From: a virus
Taxonomy: Duplodnaviria > Caudoviricetes
Length of the DNA: 44,118 nt
Virus record (IMG/VR): IMGVR_UViG_3300030372_001002
Location: 1 to 44,118 of that record
Strand: one strand, 5' to 3'
Shown here: positions 1-9,698 of the stretch, piece after piece
Layout of the letters: every line of letters starts with the position of its first letter
How positions within the stretch are numbered: position 1 is the stretch's first letter
The notes under the pieces: model-generated
What the model was told of the DNA's origin: nothing
The model's input: only the letters and a program-made list of their open reading frames with translations
The model's database searches: none
Translations under genes and position numbers: made by a program

Positions 1-461
1 GATGTTAGATCATTACCTGAAGACTGACCTGAGAATGCAGTATCAACTTCATCAAAGAAGGTCTCACTGCCACCCATTCTGTCATACTTGGAGCGCATTG
101 CAAAGATTAGTCCAGTAGGACCACTCATTGGTTGCACACCAGCTAGGTCATAAGCAACCAAGTTAGGCATTGAACGTCTAATTAAAGAAATTAGAACAGG
201 GTCAAAACCAGCTTGATGACCAGCAGCGTTTGCACTACCACTAAAACCACCTGAATTACCAGCTGTGTTTGCGTGGTTTGTTGGAACTGCTTCGTTTATA
301 GTTCCAGCTTGAGAGAATGATTGCTCATCTCTTAAAAACTTTTCTTGGTTTTCTAACAGGACAGCGGTGACTGCTCTACGATGAGGATCTTTGATCTCAT
401 CAACACCCTCTGCATTAAGCAAGGGAGCCCACTTTTCCTGCAGATGTTCAGCATTGAACAT
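1..461 (-). CDS. g23: Major capsid protein gp23, N-terminal part (runs off the left edge; not in the ORF track)
   Basis: Manual translation from ATG at 461: MFNAEHLQEKWAPLLNAEGVDEIKDPHRRAVTAVLLENQEK...AGFDPVLISLIRRSMPNLVAYDLAGVQPMSGPTGLIFAMRSKY, the T4-like gp23 signature. SD-like AGAGGT at 470-475. Probable gp21 cleavage site I-N-E|A at residues 55-57 (nt 291-299). Confidence 0.98.
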   Translation of the reverse strand, partial: MFNAEHLQEKWAPLLNAEGVDEIKDPHRRAVTAVLLENQEKFLRDEQSFSQAGTINEAVPTNHANTAGNSGGFSGSANAAGHQAGFDPVLISLIRRSMPNLVAYDLAGVQPMSGPTGLIFAMRSKYDRMGGSETFFDEVDTAFSGQSSGNDLT

Positions 462-501
462 TTGCGTTTACCTCTTGTTGTGTTTGATTAAAATACTAAA
501 A

Positions 502-1584
502 TCATTTCTTAGCAACTGCTTGCAATGTCTTAAGATATGCAGCCATTGACCCAGAGACATCTCCCTGTGTATGATCTACAGTCTCAGAAATTGTTTCTCC
601 TGTTGCTTTTGGAGAACTGCTTTGGAAATAAGATTCCCTTAATGTCTCCAACTTTTCACGATATTGACCTTCACTTTCAAACTCAACACTTTCTGCAAGT
701 GAGGCGAGCTTTTCTTTCTGTGTGGCAGCAAGGCCATCAGAAACTGAGTCAAGAATTCCATCAGCAACAGACTCAGCAAGTCTGCCATTTAATGAAACAT
801 TCTTCTCTATTTGCTCGTTGAGCTTGGTCTCCATGTCATCTAGTTTTTCTACCATGCTTTCTAGCACATCATATTTATCTTCAGGGATTTGTACATAATG
901 TTCTTCAAAAAGACCCTTCATTCCAGAAAGGAATGATTCAGTCAATTCATTTTTGAGTCCATGCTCAATAGCAAGTTCATTTTCAACGAACCACTCTTCA
1001 GCAACATACTCAAGATATTGGTCAACTCTTTCTGCAAGTGCAGTCTTAGTTGCCTCTACCTCTTCTGCAAACTGCTTTTCATATGCAGATTGCAAATCTT
1101 CTTTAAGTTCAGATACTTTAGAATTTAAAGCAGCCTCAAAAACTGTCTTTGCTTTCTCTCTGAACTCTTCAGATAACTCCTCTCCACCAAGGAGAGCATT
1201 GACATCAGCTTCAATGTCAATTTCTACAGTGTCCTCTTCTACTGTTTCTGGTTGTTCTGTCACTATCTCTTGCTCCTCTGTTTCTACTTCTTCTGGAACA
1301 TTTGATAGTTTTGAACCAGGTTGTACATCACCAGATTGAACACCTGATTTTGCACCACTATTAACCACATCCTTTACTGTTTTAATCTTAGGCTCTTTGA
1401 TCTTCGCAGAGTCATCATCTGGTTTATAATTTTCTGGTGTAGGACCACCCAGATCCTCATAACCTACTGATGTTCCACCAGTAGTTAGTTTTGGCATAGG
1501 ATCTCCAGCTTTTGCATTAGCATTAACTGCAGTCTTGGATTGGTTAGTGCCTACTTCCATTTCTTGTAAATCTCCACGAGACAT
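502..1584 (-). CDS. g22: Prohead core scaffold protein gp22
   Basis: Acidic coiled-coil protein with ELSEEFREKAKTVFEAA, VDQYLEYVAEEW and C-terminal MAAYL motifs; lies between g21 and g23. Confidence 0.95.
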   Translation of the reverse strand: MSRGDLQEMEVGTNQSKTAVNANAKAGDPMPKLTTGGTSVGYEDLGGPTPENYKPDDDSAKIKEPKIKTVKDVVNSGAKSGVQSGDVQPGSKLSNVPEEVETEEQEIVTEQPETVEEDTVEIDIEADVNALLGGEELSEEFREKAKTVFEAALNSKVSELKEDLQSAYEKQFAEEVEATKTALAERVDQYLEYVAEEWFVENELAIEHGLKNELTESFLSGMKGLFEEHYVQIPEDKYDVLESMVEKLDDMETKLNEQIEKNVSLNGRLAESVADGILDSVSDGLAATQKEKLASLAESVEFESEGQYREKLETLRESYFQSSSPKATGETISETVDHTQGDVSGSMAAYLKTLQAVAKK

Positions 1585-1618
1585 TTGTAAACCCTCTGAT
1601 TACCGAGTACTTAAACTA

Positions 1619-1626
1619 TATTTATT
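1619..1626 (-). promoter_or_regulatory. T4-type late promoter (AATAAATA) upstream of g22
   Basis: One mismatch to TATAAATA, about 35 nt upstream of the g22 ATG. Confidence 0.7.
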
Positions 1627-1634
1627 TAGATAAA

Positions 1635-2285
1635 TTATAAGTTTGATAAGAAATCATTAAATAGATTCAACTTATGTTCATCTAATTTTTTCTGATCAAC
1701 TAATGTGTTGATTGTTTTGTATGTTTTTTCAGCATACTTCTCACGAAGAATACCTCCATCCCATACCCAGTCTTTTCCTTCCATGATACCAGATACAAAT
1801 GCATCTGGTGCTGAAGGATCAGCCACTATATCTGCTGCAGTTGCTAACATAAAGTCTTCACCTACAACATTAATTCCTTCACGAGTTTGTTTCAGTGAAC
1901 CAATACCCCTAGAAGAAACACCTAACTTTACACCTTCTCCTATCAATGAAGATGCAATTTTACCCATTGGGGTAGAAAGGATTTTTGCTTTACCTACAAA
2001 ATTAGAACCACTTTCTTTAAGTGAAGTAATTTTGTGAGATACTCTATCAAGATTAACAGTTGGACCCTCTGGATGTCCCAGTTCTCCAAGTGCTCTACCT
2101 GATGCCACATGATTCTCATTATAACGAGAAACTTCTCTACGAAGAGTCTCCATAGGATACATACGACCATTTCTGTTCTTTATGTTTCCTTGAAGGAATA
2201 CTCCTTCTATGTACAGTTGTTTTTTACCGCCTCTGTTTTCAACAATAAATTCAACTGTTTCTATCTCTTCTCTGATTAGTTTCAT
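1635..2285 (-). CDS. g21: Prohead core protease gp21
   Basis: YIEGVFLQ..IKNRNGRMYP, catalytic GELGHP and GVSSRG motifs, DIVADPSAPDAFV. Confidence 0.97.
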   Translation of the reverse strand: MKLIREEIETVEFIVENRGGKKQLYIEGVFLQGNIKNRNGRMYPMETLRREVSRYNENHVASGRALGELGHPEGPTVNLDRVSHKITSLKESGSNFVGKAKILSTPMGKIASSLIGEGVKLGVSSRGIGSLKQTREGINVVGEDFMLATAADIVADPSAPDAFVSGIMEGKDWVWDGGILREKYAEKTYKTINTLVDQKKLDEHKLNLFNDFLSNL

Positions 2286-2854
2286 TATGCTTGTCCTGTG
2301 ATTTGAACTTGTTGAATGTATACTTTACCAGAACCACTATCAGTTCTAGCAGCTACTTTAAGAGATGCTCTCAAAGTTGCATCTGGATCATTAAAAGTAC
2401 CACTAACTCCAGAACTGTTATGCTCAACTATGATTCTTTGACCAAAGAAGTTTTCTCCTAGTCCTCTGTCTGGAGCACTAGATTTATTAAACACAGTTTT
2501 TACTCTCTTATGAGTAAAATCAAAATCAGTTTGAGATGAACAACTTAAACTAACAAAGTCACCTACTCCAAATGGAGATGATGTCCCTTCTGGAAAATCT
2601 AATATGGTGGTTGATCCTTTAGCATAACTAACCACCCTAGCAGATGTATTAGTAAATCCTAATACAGCAGCACTATCTTTTAAAATTATAAAGTCAGTTA
2701 CAGCTGCAGTAGGTCCAGTTCCAATAGCAACATGTGTATTTTGTCCAGTAGCAACCACTCTAATTGCAGTAGATTTACCAGATATTGGAATAGACTGCTG
2801 AGATGCTGCACCTGTAGTTATTGAAGTTCCTGCTCCAACTGTCCTAAGCGTCAT
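2285..2854 (-). CDS. Hypothetical beta-rich protein, probably virion-associated
   Basis: 189-aa ORF, TAATG-coupled to g21, preceded by a canonical late promoter; Thr/Ser/Gly/Val-rich. Confidence 0.8.
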   Translation of the reverse strand: MTLRTVGAGTSITTGAASQQSIPISGKSTAIRVVATGQNTHVAIGTGPTAAVTDFIILKDSAAVLGFTNTSARVVSYAKGSTTILDFPEGTSSPFGVGDFVSLSCSSQTDFDFTHKRVKTVFNKSSAPDRGLGENFFGQRIIVEHNSSGVSGTFNDPDATLRASLKVAARTDSGSGKVYIQQVQITGQA

Positions 2855-2879
2855 TCTCTTTATACAGAATCATTTTATT

Positions 2880-2887
2880 TATTTATA
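2880..2887 (-). promoter_or_regulatory. T4-type late promoter (TATAAATA, exact consensus)
   Basis: Plus-strand tatttata in the intergenic gap, 26 nt upstream of the ATG at 2854. Confidence 0.8.
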
Positions 2888-2888
2888 A

Positions 2889-3155
2889 TTATTCTTCATC
2901 CTCTGGTTCAGACTCTACTTCTGCTTCTCCATTCTGATCATCTCCAGAAATTCTATCAGAGTAATCTTGTATATCCTGTTGTAGTTCAGCTTCTTCCTCT
3001 GTCTCTGGTTCATTATCACCAAAGAGTGAGTTTGCTACACTATCTTTATGAGCACCTATTTTTTCAGCAGACTTAGCATATAGCATATCTTTTATAGCAT
3101 CACTGATACCTGAAGGACTTTCATCCTGAGTAATCATATCCATTAATTCATCCAT
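2889..3155 (-). CDS. Small acidic protein, positional equivalent of T4 prohead core gp67
   Basis: 88 aa, very acidic, directly downstream of g20 with its own late promoter. Identity inferred from position only. Confidence 0.75.
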   Translation of the reverse strand: MDELMDMITQDESPSGISDAIKDMLYAKSAEKIGAHKDSVANSLFGDNEPETEEEAELQQDIQDYSDRISGDDQNGEAEVESEPEDEE

Positions 3156-3176
3156 TGTTTTAAAATCCTTACAGTT

Positions 3177-3184
3177 TATTTATT
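3177..3184 (-). promoter_or_regulatory. Late promoter AATAAATA overlapping the g20 stop
   Basis: Minus strand reads ATC TAA TAAATA. Confidence 0.7.
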
Positions 3185-4838
3185 AGATTTCTCCACCTTT
3201 AGGTAGTTCTGGAGCTTCTGTTGCAGCTCCTTGAGATTCTAAATCTGGTTCTGTTACTGGTTTGCCCAGATCACCACCAGAACCTCCTTCCATGTTGGGG
3301 TCCATCATCATTGCTGGATCAGGAACTACCCCATCAGCAATCTCCTTCTTCATCAACTTATCTTGTTCAATAATTTCCTCATCAGTTTGACGAAGAATCT
3401 TACGTCTTAGATAATCTTGTGAGAAGTATCTACCAACATATGGTTCAGCAGATGCTACCATAGTTAGTCTTTCTGCCATTAATTCAGACTCTTTGAGTTC
3501 TGCAAAATGGTTGTCATAGAGGAAGTCATATTGAATATGCTCACTCATTATTTCCCAGTCTTCTGGGGTAATGACATTTTTAAGTAATAGTTGTGTCTTA
3601 AGAATATCATTGAATAGATTGGAAAATCTTTTTCTTAATCTACCCACAAATTTAGAGAACTTAACTTCATCTCTAAGTATTTCAGATGATCTTCCTAAGT
3701 TAAAACCACTTTCTCCACCTATTCTGCTAGGAGGAACATTCAATGACTTATATAATTTCTCCTGAAAATACTTGATATCTGTGATCTCTCCTAAGTTTTG
3801 TCCACCTGGCAGTGTAGTAATCTCAGTTCCTCTACCACCCTCTCTTCTAGGAAGCCAAAAATCTTCCAACATGGACATATATTTCTTATCATCTCTAATC
3901 TCACCAGTGTCAGCATTATAAACCATCTTATTACGATACCTCATCATCACATCTCTGAGGTATTGTTCTGCCTTAATTTTTGGAAGATTGCCTACATCAA
4001 TGTAGAAAATTCTTCTTTCTGGTGCTCTTGATAATCTGTATATAACAAGACTATCCTCAATCATTCTAAGTTGATTGACTGCTTTGATTGCTTTGTGTAA
4101 GTATGATAAGTTTGATCCTTTGTTTCTATCTACTAATCCACTTGTGCAATATGCAATAGAATCTCTAGTAAATTTAATTCCTTTGTTTCCACCAGTCATA
4201 GCTGATGGCAATTGAGAAGGATAAGTTGACTTAGGACTGTATACAAAATACTCTTCAATCTCAGGAAATTCATATTCCATAGGATTGTCATTATTGATAT
4301 TTGCTAGTCTTGCATCCTTATCTTGCTTCTTTTGTTGTCTTACATAACGCATTTTCATTGCGTCAATGTATCTTAATTCTACTATTCCCTCTTCTGGTTT
4401 TTTAAAATCAATTACTTTATGATAATATAATCTACCATCTATGTACCAATTTCTATAAATTTCATGTGCCTTTTTATCAAAATCTAGTAGATCTTTGACT
4501 GCCTTAAACTCTTCTCTAAGTCTTTTCTTTATTCCATCACTAGCATTTAAATTTGATAACTCAATTTCTACTGGAGAATCATTAGTGTCTGATACTATAG
4601 CTTCATTTACTATATCTTCTATTGCACTATCACACTCAGGGTGTAGTGCCATTTCTCTATATCTTTTTATTAAATCAAATTCAGTTCTATATACACCCTC
4701 TATATCTACATACGATCCAAAAAAACCACTAGTCAAGTAGTGGTCAGATCCATCTGCATTATTTTCAGGAACTGGAGATACCACACCAGGTGATATCTTC
4801 TCAGTATCCTCTATAGAAAATCCAAATAACCTTGCCAT
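3183..4838 (-). CDS. g20: Portal vertex protein gp20
   Basis: Hallmark motifs YRLSRAPERRIFYIDVGNLPKIKAEQYL and EDFWLPRREGGRGTEITTLPGGQNLG. Confidence 0.99.
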   Translation of the reverse strand: MARLFGFSIEDTEKISPGVVSPVPENNADGSDHYLTSGFFGSYVDIEGVYRTEFDLIKRYREMALHPECDSAIEDIVNEAIVSDTNDSPVEIELSNLNASDGIKKRLREEFKAVKDLLDFDKKAHEIYRNWYIDGRLYYHKVIDFKKPEEGIVELRYIDAMKMRYVRQQKKQDKDARLANINNDNPMEYEFPEIEEYFVYSPKSTYPSQLPSAMTGGNKGIKFTRDSIAYCTSGLVDRNKGSNLSYLHKAIKAVNQLRMIEDSLVIYRLSRAPERRIFYIDVGNLPKIKAEQYLRDVMMRYRNKMVYNADTGEIRDDKKYMSMLEDFWLPRREGGRGTEITTLPGGQNLGEITDIKYFQEKLYKSLNVPPSRIGGESGFNLGRSSEILRDEVKFSKFVGRLRKRFSNLFNDILKTQLLLKNVITPEDWEIMSEHIQYDFLYDNHFAELKESELMAERLTMVASAEPYVGRYFSQDYLRRKILRQTDEEIIEQDKLMKKEIADGVVPDPAMMMDPNMEGGSGGDLGKPVTEPDLESQGAATEAPELPKGGEI

Positions 4839-4862
4839 TATTAAAAGTTAACCTTATATGTT

Positions 4863-4870
4863 TATTTATT
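4863..4870 (-). promoter_or_regulatory. Late promoter AATAAATA upstream of g20, overlapping the g19 stop
   Basis: Minus strand reads GCG TAA TAAATA. Confidence 0.7.
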
Positions 4871-5483
4871 ACGCTCCAGAACCTGCTGCCTCAGGGAACC
4901 AGTATTGTACTTGGAAGTCAACTGTAAATTCTTCTATAGCATCAGAACTATCATATGATAGGTCAATAGAAGAAACTGTGCTTGGGAAAATATCCACAAA
5001 CTTATATTGAGCAAGAATATTGCTATCAGTAGCAGGACTATTAGAACCTTGCTGACTAGTTACATTTCTGCCAAGTTGATATACAGTTGCTTGTCCCATA
5101 TATGATGAAGGATCAGTTAAACCTGATGAATCTCCATATTGTGCTATGTTTTGAGCCCATGCTTGGAATGCTCTGTAGTGACCAAAATCTTGATCATTGA
5201 TTACTGTAACAGTCCAAGGGTCAAATGTTCTATCACCAGCAACTTTCATTACACGTCCTCTAAAAGGAACTTCTAATACACCTACATTTGATGCAGGTAA
5301 TTGAGCTGCTTTACATAAAAATCTAAATCTATCTCCATCAAATTGACCATCACCATCACCTTGTATTCCAAGGTTTACTGTGTCAGGAAAGTTGACTTGC
5401 ACCTCAAACAGATTGGGGCGAGTACCACCTCCAATCAGTTTGGATTTAAATTGAGAAATAGTTCTCTGTGGGATTGTTGCCAT
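4869..5483 (-). CDS. g19: Tail tube protein gp19
   Basis: GGTRPNLFEV, CKAAQLPAS..G..EVPFRGR..KVAGDRTFDPWTVTVIND, IEEFTVDFQ motifs. Confidence 0.97.
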   Translation of the reverse strand: MATIPQRTISQFKSKLIGGGTRPNLFEVQVNFPDTVNLGIQGDGDGQFDGDRFRFLCKAAQLPASNVGVLEVPFRGRVMKVAGDRTFDPWTVTVINDQDFGHYRAFQAWAQNIAQYGDSSGLTDPSSYMGQATVYQLGRNVTSQQGSNSPATDSNILAQYKFVDIFPSTVSSIDLSYDSSDAIEEFTVDFQVQYWFPEAAGSGA

Positions 5484-5503
5484 TTTTTAGAATCTCCTTT
5501 GGT

Positions 5504-5511
5504 TATTTAGA
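5504..5511 (-). promoter_or_regulatory. Late promoter variant TCTAAATA upstream of g19
   Basis: TAAATA core in the intergenic gap, followed by SD AAGGAG. Confidence 0.65.
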
Positions 5512-5520
5512 TATGATAAG

Positions 5521-7677
5521 TTAAACTCGACCTGCTACTTCTTCAAAGCTAACACCAGTTCTGGTGGCAACAAATGTAAGAGTAACATAGTTGATTGATC
5601 TAGCAGGCTTCAAGAAGATGTCTGCTCTAAATTCATTATTATCAATCACATCAGGAGTGTTGTTTGTCTCATCACAAATAACTAGGAAACCATTTAGTCC
5701 CCTCTTTGCCTCAACATCCCTTAGGAATGGTTCAACAATATTAACAAAATTTGCTCTTGTAACCTGATCATTAAGTTCAAATAGTTGTGCTTCTGCTGCT
5801 TTCTGTAGTGATTGTTCAATTGTTAGGAATAACCTTCTAACATTGATTCTATCAAATGCAGATGCAAATGCCAAACCAGTTTTATCTCCAAAGAGTAGAA
5901 TACCAGTACCAGGTTGATTAACTATAGAGTTAATTCTAAGAGGGTAGAGTTGATCTCTTTGTGCTTTATTTGGATTGTATGCAAGTTTGATTGCATTATT
6001 CAAAATTCCTCTTTGCTGTCCAGCAGGTGAGAACCAAGGGAATGAATTGACACTTGTTCTTACCATCAATCCAGCAACATCACCATTAGTTGGGATGAAT
6101 CTGAATGTGTTATTGAACCTATCAAACATATACTTGTATCCAGTATCAAATACTGCGTATGATGATGAGGATAATGGACTGTAGAATTTAATTATGTTGT
6201 CTGTTTGAGTATCTGTATTTGTGATATTGACAACTCCAGTTCTATGAGGAGAAATGACTGCCATGCAATCTTTTCTCTCACCAGCTATGGAGATTAGTTT
6301 ATTTGCTTTTGCTTGAGAATCATTTATACCACTTAATCCAGGTCCCATGATTAAGTAATCAACTGCTATCTCATCCTTATTGGAGAATAAGTTATAAGAT
6401 GTGATTAGATTACCAAGAGTTGCTTGGAATCCACCAGTAGCAGAGTAATCTGCACCAGCAGTAAGTGTGTATGTATTATTTCCAACTACATTGAAAGTAA
6501 TACCTTGTGCATTTCTATTCCATCCACCAGATGCAGTGGTTATAGGAGTATAACCAGAACTGAAACCTGATGCAGCAACAAAACCATCTGAACCATCTGA
6601 TGGATCATCTCCTGCATAGATGTATTGTGAATAGAGTGCTAACCAATCTTTATAGAATATCTTCTGAGGTGCATTTTCTGAGGAAACTGCATCAGTTGCT
6701 TTAGATAAGTTTAAATTTTTCTCAAGAATATTACCTTGTATTCCTGTTACATCACCTAGATCATCTACAACTACTACATGCATTCCATCATTCTTGGAAG
6801 ATCTATCATTTGCCCATACAGTTGTATCTGGTCTAGGAGAAATTGCCTTCCAGAATACTGTTGAGTTTGTTAATCCAAGAGTTTGCTCATCATACCAATC
6901 TTTAACAAAGTTACCACCTACAGTGGCAAATGTAGCAATACCTGTAGCAGAAGAGTTAATAATACTAATATTATTTCCTGCTATGATAGACCTTGCTTGA
7001 TCTCCTTGAGCATAAGTTATATCAGTTGAGACTCCAGCAGTAGTAACCCTATTGGTTATCTTAACATCAATAGTTGTTGCTCCAAGTCCAGTAATGATAC
7101 CTTTGATGTGTCCTGTAAACTCAGAAGTTCCTCCTACTCCTGCTATGATTTCATTAGTAAGTGAAACACTAACACCCATACCAACTGATACACCAGTTGT
7201 TGTTCCTATACCAATTCTTTGATCTGCTTGATTGTCAATGGTACAAACCTTAAGGTTGTTTGCCCATGTACCAGGTGTTTTAGCAGCGTATCCAAATGTT
7301 TGACCTACACCAGCATAGTTTGCTATGTAATCATCATAGTTCTTGATCTTAAGATCAGTAACATTAACTTGATGAGATCTGTTGCCATTAGCATTTACTA
7401 GATCATCATCATCAGTTCTTGCTACTTTGAGAACTCCTCCATAAGAAAGGAAGGATGAAGCACTCATCCAATACTCATATTGAGCATCAGTTCCTAGTGG
7501 TTTTCCAAAAGTTTTAATTAACTCAGTTTCATTTGTAATGTCAATAGCTTCATCTATAGGTCCAATTTCAAATGGACCAGCAATGGCGCCAATGTTATCT
7601 AATACATTTTCTGCTCTCCCTACAGTCAGATCCACCTCCCTTACTAATACTCCAGGAGATAATTGTGGAGTCGCCAT
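5521..7677 (-). CDS. g18: Contractile tail sheath protein gp18
   Basis: SPGVLVREVDLT N-terminus; PWFSPAG, FDRINVRRLF, KPARSINYVTLTFVATRTGVSFEE C-terminus. Confidence 0.98.
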   Translation of the reverse strand: MATPQLSPGVLVREVDLTVGRAENVLDNIGAIAGPFEIGPIDEAIDITNETELIKTFGKPLGTDAQYEYWMSASSFLSYGGVLKVARTDDDDLVNANGNRSHQVNVTDLKIKNYDDYIANYAGVGQTFGYAAKTPGTWANNLKVCTIDNQADQRIGIGTTTGVSVGMGVSVSLTNEIIAGVGGTSEFTGHIKGIITGLGATTIDVKITNRVTTAGVSTDITYAQGDQARSIIAGNNISIINSSATGIATFATVGGNFVKDWYDEQTLGLTNSTVFWKAISPRPDTTVWANDRSSKNDGMHVVVVDDLGDVTGIQGNILEKNLNLSKATDAVSSENAPQKIFYKDWLALYSQYIYAGDDPSDGSDGFVAASGFSSGYTPITTASGGWNRNAQGITFNVVGNNTYTLTAGADYSATGGFQATLGNLITSYNLFSNKDEIAVDYLIMGPGLSGINDSQAKANKLISIAGERKDCMAVISPHRTGVVNITNTDTQTDNIIKFYSPLSSSSYAVFDTGYKYMFDRFNNTFRFIPTNGDVAGLMVRTSVNSFPWFSPAGQQRGILNNAIKLAYNPNKAQRDQLYPLRINSIVNQPGTGILLFGDKTGLAFASAFDRINVRRLFLTIEQSLQKAAEAQLFELNDQVTRANFVNIVEPFLRDVEAKRGLNGFLVICDETNNTPDVIDNNEFRADIFLKPARSINYVTLTFVATRTGVSFEEVAGRV

Positions 7678-7709
7678 GTCGTCTAGCCTCGTCTCAGTTT
7701 ATCTAAAAA

Positions 7710-7717
7710 TATTTATT
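7710..7717 (-). promoter_or_regulatory. Late promoter AATAAATA upstream of g18
   Basis: About 33 nt upstream of the g18 ATG. Confidence 0.7.
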
Positions 7718-7755
7718 GTTTTCTATGTTTTCATTGGGGAAACAATACATGAACA

Positions 7756-7986
7756 CTACCAATCTGGATAGTTCCAATCTGTATGAGGATCTGATTTTTT
7801 TCTAGAATCAACAATTCTTCTTATAGTGCATACTTTACATTCATATGAATAAGCAGATGCCAATGTCCCTCTATCTTTACGTGTCAAGTAAAATCCATCT
7901 ATTAAATTTTTTGTTTCTCCACATACTCTACACTTTCTATCAGAGAGTAATAAATGTCCTAGCCTTATTTGACTATCTAATTCCAC
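7756..7986 (-). CDS. Small zinc-ribbon protein (CxxC-x28-CxxC)
   Basis: CRVC...CKVC; GTG start overlaps the g17 TAG stop. Confidence 0.75.
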   Translation of the reverse strand: MELDSQIRLGHLLLSDRKCRVCGETKNLIDGFYLTRKDRGTLASAYSYECKVCTIRRIVDSRKKSDPHTDWNYPDW

Positions 7987-9689
7987 TACTTATAATCCCA
8001 CATGTAAGAACGATCTCCATATTCATCAACATTCCAAGATCCAGGTGTTCCTGCTAATCTATCTAATTCTAAACTACCATTATCTATTTTCCATGTATCT
8101 CCATCAGAATCAACAAATGTTTCATCATCTAAACCATCCATAATAAATCCAAATGGAGCCATGTCTTGTTCTATTTGATTCTTTTGTTCTTCATATAATC
8201 TTTTTCTTACATCTTGATCTGTAAGTTCTTTGAAATAATCCTGTGCTACTAACCATGCATATATGACAAGACACATTGCAAGATCATCATTACATCCTTC
8301 TTCTGCTTCAAAGGAATTATGTTTTTGAATAAAAGTTGTAAGTTCACTTAATATCTCATAATCCTTAAAAATAAGTTTATCTTCTTCTATAAGAGTTTTT
8401 AAGTTTAGAGAACCTACCTTTTTTACTGTCTTTGACATCTTGACACCTAATTGTGTCTTCTTGCCAGAGAATCCTTGACCTACAATTTGACCTGCCCTAC
8501 CCCTCATAGAACACATCAATAGATTTTCATACTCTAGATCAAAGTTAAGAATAGCAGCAACTTGATCTCCTACATCATTTACCTCACATAATATAAAAGC
8601 ATTATTATAACTCTTTGCTACTTCCCATATGACATTTGGAAATAGCATAGGTTTAATTTCATTATTTCTAAATTTGGCAACAACTTTATGTGGAAACTCA
8701 GTTATATCAATAACCACAAAGGCAGAATAATCACCACCAACTCCTCTTGCCACATCAACTGTAAGAACATAATCATGTTCTCTATTGCATACCTCATATA
8801 CATCTAATCCAGCACTTCTAGTTCTTGGTTCATCATAAACTAATGCCCTTAATTTGCTAGGTGCAATTAGAGTATCAACAGATCCTAAAAATTCACACTC
8901 AAACTCAACCTTAAATTGTGCTTCTGATGTGTTGGCAATTGTAGATTTTTTCCACTTATCATCCCTACCAGGCACTTCACTCCAATGCACATCAGTAGGA
9001 ACATATTCATTTTTTCCCTTTTCTGCATCATGCCACATCCTATAGAAGTGGTTCATACCATGAGGAGTAGAGACTATGATAACCTTAGTGCTCTTACCTG
9101 AGGTAATAGTGGGATAAACTGAACTAAAGAATTGATCAGCAATATGATTAGGAACAAAAGCAAATTCATCCAAGAATAGGATATTGAATGACATACCCCT
9201 AACAGCAGATGCTGATGTAGAAGCAGCAAGAATCTTAGATCCATTCTCTAATTCAAGACTTCCTCTATTCCATGCTATGATACCCTGTTGCATCCACTTT
9301 GGTAAATTCTCATAAGCAGTCTGCAATCTACCTAGCAGTTCTCTAGCAGTGGCTGCTTTGTTAGCTAGTATACCAACATTAACACTATCATTAAAAACAA
9401 CATAGTGTAGTAGATATGCCACACAGGTAGTAGACTTACCAGTCTGTCTGGGCATCTTACAGATGTTAAATCTAGACTCATGAAAGTTTTTAATTAACTT
9501 TTTTTGAAAGTGATAAGGTTTGAATGATGTTAAACCTTCATCTAGACTCACAATTTTTACATACTTTTCTGCAAAATAAATTGGATCATTTCTACAAGCA
9601 TAGAATTCAAGAACTTGTTCTTGAGTAAACTCTTGCTGTACGTTTGCTTTTTTTAGATTGGGATTGCCTAGATAAATGTTGTCTGCCAT
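7986..9689 (-). CDS. g17: Terminase large subunit gp17
   Basis: YLGNPNLKK N-terminus, Walker A PRQTGKS, Walker B LFLDEFA, RNase H-like nuclease motifs VDVARG and NDDLAM. No intein or intron seen. Confidence 0.99.
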   Translation of the reverse strand: MADNIYLGNPNLKKANVQQEFTQEQVLEFYACRNDPIYFAEKYVKIVSLDEGLTSFKPYHFQKKLIKNFHESRFNICKMPRQTGKSTTCVAYLLHYVVFNDSVNVGILANKAATARELLGRLQTAYENLPKWMQQGIIAWNRGSLELENGSKILAASTSASAVRGMSFNILFLDEFAFVPNHIADQFFSSVYPTITSGKSTKVIIVSTPHGMNHFYRMWHDAEKGKNEYVPTDVHWSEVPGRDDKWKKSTIANTSEAQFKVEFECEFLGSVDTLIAPSKLRALVYDEPRTRSAGLDVYEVCNREHDYVLTVDVARGVGGDYSAFVVIDITEFPHKVVAKFRNNEIKPMLFPNVIWEVAKSYNNAFILCEVNDVGDQVAAILNFDLEYENLLMCSMRGRAGQIVGQGFSGKKTQLGVKMSKTVKKVGSLNLKTLIEEDKLIFKDYEILSELTTFIQKHNSFEAEEGCNDDLAMCLVIYAWLVAQDYFKELTDQDVRKRLYEEQKNQIEQDMAPFGFIMDGLDDETFVDSDGDTWKIDNGSLELDRLAGTPGSWNVDEYGDRSYMWDYK

Positions 9690-9698
9690 GATAACCTC

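Noticed and set aside
8030-8100. gp17 C-terminal NGSLELD echoing internal RGSLELENG, as a possible duplication
   Set aside because: The match is too short and the DNA similarity weak; more likely chance in a variable acidic tail.
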